Shown one piece after another: positions 54,901 through 64,000 of a stretch of DNA of 64,000 nucleotides. Position numbers and translations under genes: made by a program. Source of the stretch: Bugula neritina. Taxonomy: Eukaryota; Animalia; Bryozoa. Location of the stretch: NCBI GenBank assembly GCA_964035545.1, contig OZ037767.1:28350628-28414627 (forward strand). Reading direction: 5' to 3'. Numbering within the stretch: position 1 is the stretch's first letter; each line of letters starts with the position of its first letter. The notes under the pieces are model-generated. The model was given only the letters and a program-made list of their open reading frames with translations. It had not been told where the DNA came from and made no database searches.

Positions 54901-56082
54901 TTATTACATGATTGTACTGAAAATAATGTACAGGTAGTCTAAAAGCAAGCTGTATTAAACATTTGCTGATAATAATAGACTGCAGTAAGTATATATCTAA
55001 TGTAGTGTACAGAGAACCAAATTGACCTTGACCCAACAGGCAGTAACTCGTGACACATTATATGATTGTAGACTGTGAATTGCTTCTACCTAAGAAACTT
55101 GAGGAGGAGAGTCTAGAAACAGCCGAAGAACCCCCCATACTAGCATTTGGAGACAATGCTGAAAGTTTAGCCCCAAATCCTGATCTTTCTCAGCCGCCGT
55201 ATGAGAAACTTAAACTAGAAGGTATGTGTTACTCTGCTTCTGCCACTCCTCAGGGTGTCGGTTTATCGTACTACTGCTAGGAAGCTCCTTTATTGTTTCA
55301 AGACTGGTAGAGGTTGTGAATTGAATTTATGAAGTCCAAGAACCAAACCTTAAAGCCAATAAGCCGATTAATTGGGCTTTCTTTTTGCCAGTTTTTGCTT
55401 GTTTCATTATTGCCTGTTGGATTTTCCGTGCATTGGATAGACTAAAAATACCTCTTCTTTTATACTCTCCTTAGAGGTTGACCAGCTTTTATAATTTGAT
55501 ATCACTTTTAGCTCATGTTTTGATTGTTCATAGATAGTCAGAATAGTTTAGACTCAGAACCTCAAGTAGAGAAAGCTGTACCAAAGGCTATAGATCAAGG
55601 GGAGACAACTGATTCCGACAAATCTTTAGCTGATAAATGCTTTTATGAACAATTGATAAATAAAGGTAAATACATTTTTAATACTTATTGTTATAGTTTC
55701 GCTTGAGCGTATTATGATTTATCTATCGGTAAATGCAATGAATAGTTGTAACTGAAAGTAATTCAACAGATTGAGTTATTATCTTCCCACAGGTAGCAGT
55801 GAAGATGAAGCTATATTTTCTCCTGATAAACCGAAGCAGAAGCTCGTTAAAGTTGTTCCGGTTGGTAAAGTGGTGGGCTCTGAGAGGTTGCTAGGAGACT
55901 TGTCAACAAGAGATAGACTGTTGACTACGGATAGTAGTAATGATAGTATAGCCTCAGAGTGTGCTAAAAAGTTAACTGTTTCTGACGGTGGTATGGATTC
56001 CACCCTTCATGCCCATGTGCCACAATCAAATCCTGTAGACACCAAAACTGAAGCTGAAACTGCTGAAGATAAAGATGCCTAA
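48928..56082 (+). CDS. TMCO4: Transmembrane and coiled-coil domain protein 4 (DUF726, alpha/beta-hydrolase-like), 722 aa
   Basis: Exons 48928-49064, 49397-49454, 49554-49698, 50156-50285, 51199-51296, 51639-51782, 52052-52174, 52481-52642, 53113-53249, 53535-53737, 54017-54134, 54465-54606, 55072-55221, 55534-55665, 55793-56082; 2169 nt in frame. Motifs GVYDARVR, IGLATVVGGTVIGLTGGLAAPLI, AWPSALL..ASIIDNPW, RPVTLIGFSLGARVIFYCL, NDWMLKFLYR, VNGHMDY. An alternative ATG lies at 48934. Confidence 0.95.
51525..51606. repeat. 27-bp tandem repeat x3 in TMCO4 intron 5
   Basis: accaatagYaaatatgtacRcttactt repeated three times. Confidence 0.9.
53244..53383 (+). repeat. 31-bp tandem repeat containing the exon-9 splice donor
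   Basis: ctgcag|gtaatgaggtattacagactatata; CAG|GTAA recurs with GT at 53250, 53281, 53312, 53343 and 53374. Confidence 0.95.
53733..53968 (+). repeat. 22-bp tandem repeat (~10 copies) containing the exon-10 splice donor
   Basis: attag|gttagtggttgacacat units fill most of the 279-nt intron. Confidence 0.95.
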
Positions 56083-57170
56083 ATGCAGACAGTTGGAAGT
56101 TCTCTATAATTAGGCTTGTTTTGTTGTGCCATTATTCTTCCAATCAATTGCTTTGCTTCTCACTTTCCATTCCCTAACATGAGATTATTGACTCTCACTG
56201 CAAAGCTTGTTAGCTGCAATCTCTCCCAAAGTTTAACTTTTATGTATGCCCTGGGAGGCTCTAAAAAGAATAGTTTATGGTGTAGAATTAGATTTTATCA
56301 CTGCAGACCTTGTAGAATATCTGAAGAAATATTCAAGATATTGTCCGGATTTCATTACCAGTTACTGTATCTGAACATATAGATATCTGTCACAATGAAC
56401 AGTTGTGTATTTCTGAACGATTTACACAGGAAATTAGATCTCTTTACCTGGTGCTTCTAACAACAGTCTATTGATAAAATGTATATTTTTCTTATAATGT
56501 TGCAAGTCAAATGAAAGTAGCTCTCTCATGTAGTTTAATATATTTTCTCCCCAATACAATAAATATGTTTATTCAAGATTTGTATGAACTAATTCTGTTA
56601 TAACTGCTTTTTATAAGCTCCAGTGGAGTAAAAACGCAGCTGAATGAAAGTGCTGACGCAGAAAATGCGGATACTGACCAATAATATTGTACGTAAATTA
56701 ACCATGTATTGTGCACACCTTATAAATTATATAAAACATTTCAATTTTATTATGTGAGCTCATCAAAACATAAATTTTCAGTCATCAAGTGGAAAAATTA
56801 ATCTTAAACTTGCACTATCATATAACAAAAATAAAATAGGCAGTAATGGCAACATATATAATATTAATACTGTAAAGTGATCAAAAAAATTTAAATATAA
56901 AATCTATAAAAATAATTTATCCAGTAAATTGAGCTACATCATTTGACACCATTACAAACAGTTCTATGTTCTAATTACTCTGATTAAAAATGTAACATTT
57001 TCATTAAAAAATAAAATCTTTATGCACAAATTTTAGTTGCCTAAATTAGTAGAATCATTGTGTTGCTAGCTGCCACCATTTAGAAATAAAAATTAAGTAG
57101 TTTTTGTATTGTACTTTTTTTGATACAATATAATATTGTCATGTTACAACCATCAGCAAAACTTAGCCTG

Positions 57171-62240
<5,070 letters not shown>

Positions 62241-63038
62241 ATTTCTTTCAACTCTTAATTCTTTAAATAAAATCTAAAAGAACAAAAAATAAATCAATAA
62301 AAAAATATATAACTGAGCACCATTGCAAGCTATATATAATATGTGCTCTTAAATTTAGTAAATTTATAATTTGACATTCTAATTATAATAATTGGTGTTA
62401 CTAATATAGGCTGAAAAGCAATATGGTGTGACATAATAGTACACAATAATCAAGGGTATAAAAGCTCTATAAATATGTGGCTTGTAGGCTAATGGCACAT
62501 TTCACACCATGTCTGTTATATATGAAATAGCAATAGCAATAGTATCAGTAAAATACTTGTTAATGCTAATAGTATAACAAGCGAAAGGAATACTTATAAT
62601 AAGTAATAGTTTGACTTTTACCCTGTACCTTGAATTTGTTTTAAAGTTTAGCGCACGTGCATGCAAACTAGAATTTCAGTAAATTAAACAACTGAACCCC
62701 AGAGTCAAATGACTGCTGGTAAAAAGCTATTTCACTTTTCACCGTATGGCAGTCTGCCAATATAGGTCATGTAAAACTCAACCAATCAAAGCTCTGTACC
62801 AACTTCAATATCTCACCAATACAACTTATGTTTGAACTTTAAGAGCAAAGTTATGTGTCTGTTATCTCGTAACCCTCTTATATAATACCTGTGCATCATT
62901 TTTATTGCGAGGAAAAGAGAGACTTTCACTTTGTTTTTTTTAGTAATTAGATTTTAGAATATAATATATGACTTCTTTTTAGAATTCTGTAAATATTTCA
63001 GTAAAAATGTCAGGTCTGTAAACACTAATTGGATCAAC

Positions 63039-63086
63039 TTTACAACAGTTGGAAGTGTTGTAAACAACAGGTCCAACTGTTGTAAA
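63039..63086. repeat. 48-bp palindrome / hairpin
   Basis: Perfect 15-bp arms tttacaacagttgga / tccaactgttgtaaa, plus an inner tgttg/caaca pair. Confidence 0.85.
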
Positions 63087-64000
63087 ATATACCATATTAT
63101 AATACATCTTTTTAGCTCTTTTTTTAAGCAACATGCATTAATTAGTTGACTGGCAATTAGATAACAATATTCATTAGACTGCTTGTGTAGATGTAATGGT
63201 GAAACAATATAAAATTATTAATAGCTTATGCAGACAATTATAATAATATTATGCTCTGGTGAAGGAAAATATCTTATTGATATTTATAACATCAGCATAT
63301 TATTGTTTAGTGCTTCTTTCATTAAAGTTCGTAGGTATAGTATAGCAGTCTTGCTTATTGACCTTTTCACTCAGTGAAGATATATAGATTAATATACCTA
63401 TGTTACACCAGGCCTTTTTCTTTCTTTGTCAAAAAGGGGCCTACTGGCCCAACATGACCATATATATACACAAAATCTACTTAAACTTTAAAACATTCTC
63501 AAAAAAATAACTCTAGACTCACTACATTACTAAGATTACTTTCAAATGATATTAGGAAAAACAATGCACAAAAACATATGTACTTACAGTTACACAACTA
63601 ATTTCTAGAAGTATGCATTCTCAAAGGAATTTTGCTGTTCCGGTGGCAGAAATATTTCTCATGTAACAATATTATTGAGATTTTATTGATGGCACATGTT
63701 TCTAATTGGCTAGATTTTATGTGATCTATTTGCAATAACCTATCTTTCCTTATAAATGTGCTGTATTTTGTCTCTGTTTTAGGACTTGATCCTAAAAATC
63801 GAAGTTTTCATTGATCGCTAATCCGGAATTTATCATTATATAATAAAACAGAGCTCGGATGAAAAGACGGTTTAATTACCGCGTCGTCTATAATATCGTA
63901 AGAAAACCTTGGGTTGCCTAAGACACAAATAAAGATTCAAATCACTAGACAGTTGTTTATAACTTTGACGAGCTCGCGTTGTCGTAAATTTTTCAGCCTA

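Overview
AT-rich, intron-rich eukaryotic DNA, most likely from an invertebrate animal; the species cannot be established from the sequence. I reconstructed four spliced protein-coding genes by hand, each with GT-AG junctions and consistent reading frame: (1) a zf-3CxxC / receptor-transporting-protein (RTP)-like gene (+, 20130-26677, 5 exons, 330 aa); (2) the ER nucleotide-exchange factor SIL1 (-, 46375-42095, 8 exons, 459 aa, C-terminal TDEL); (3) TMCO4/DUF726 (+, 48928-56082, 15 exons, 722 aa), head-to-head with SIL1; (4) allantoicase (-, 62240-57171, 10 coding exons including an ATG-only exon and a 12-nt microexon, 374 aa). The rest is non-coding: three copies of one tRNA-derived SINE, micro- and minisatellites, a 176-bp tandem duplication and small foldback elements. 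The most unusual signal is a set of non-tandem tracts in which G/C bases fall almost only on every second position, often with a 6-bp ACT/AGT beat. They flank the SIL1/TMCO4 bidirectional promoter and also occur at about 28 kb and 31 kb, where they point to two unannotated convergent transcription units. Two consecutive TMCO4 introns also carry tandem arrays of their own splice donor.
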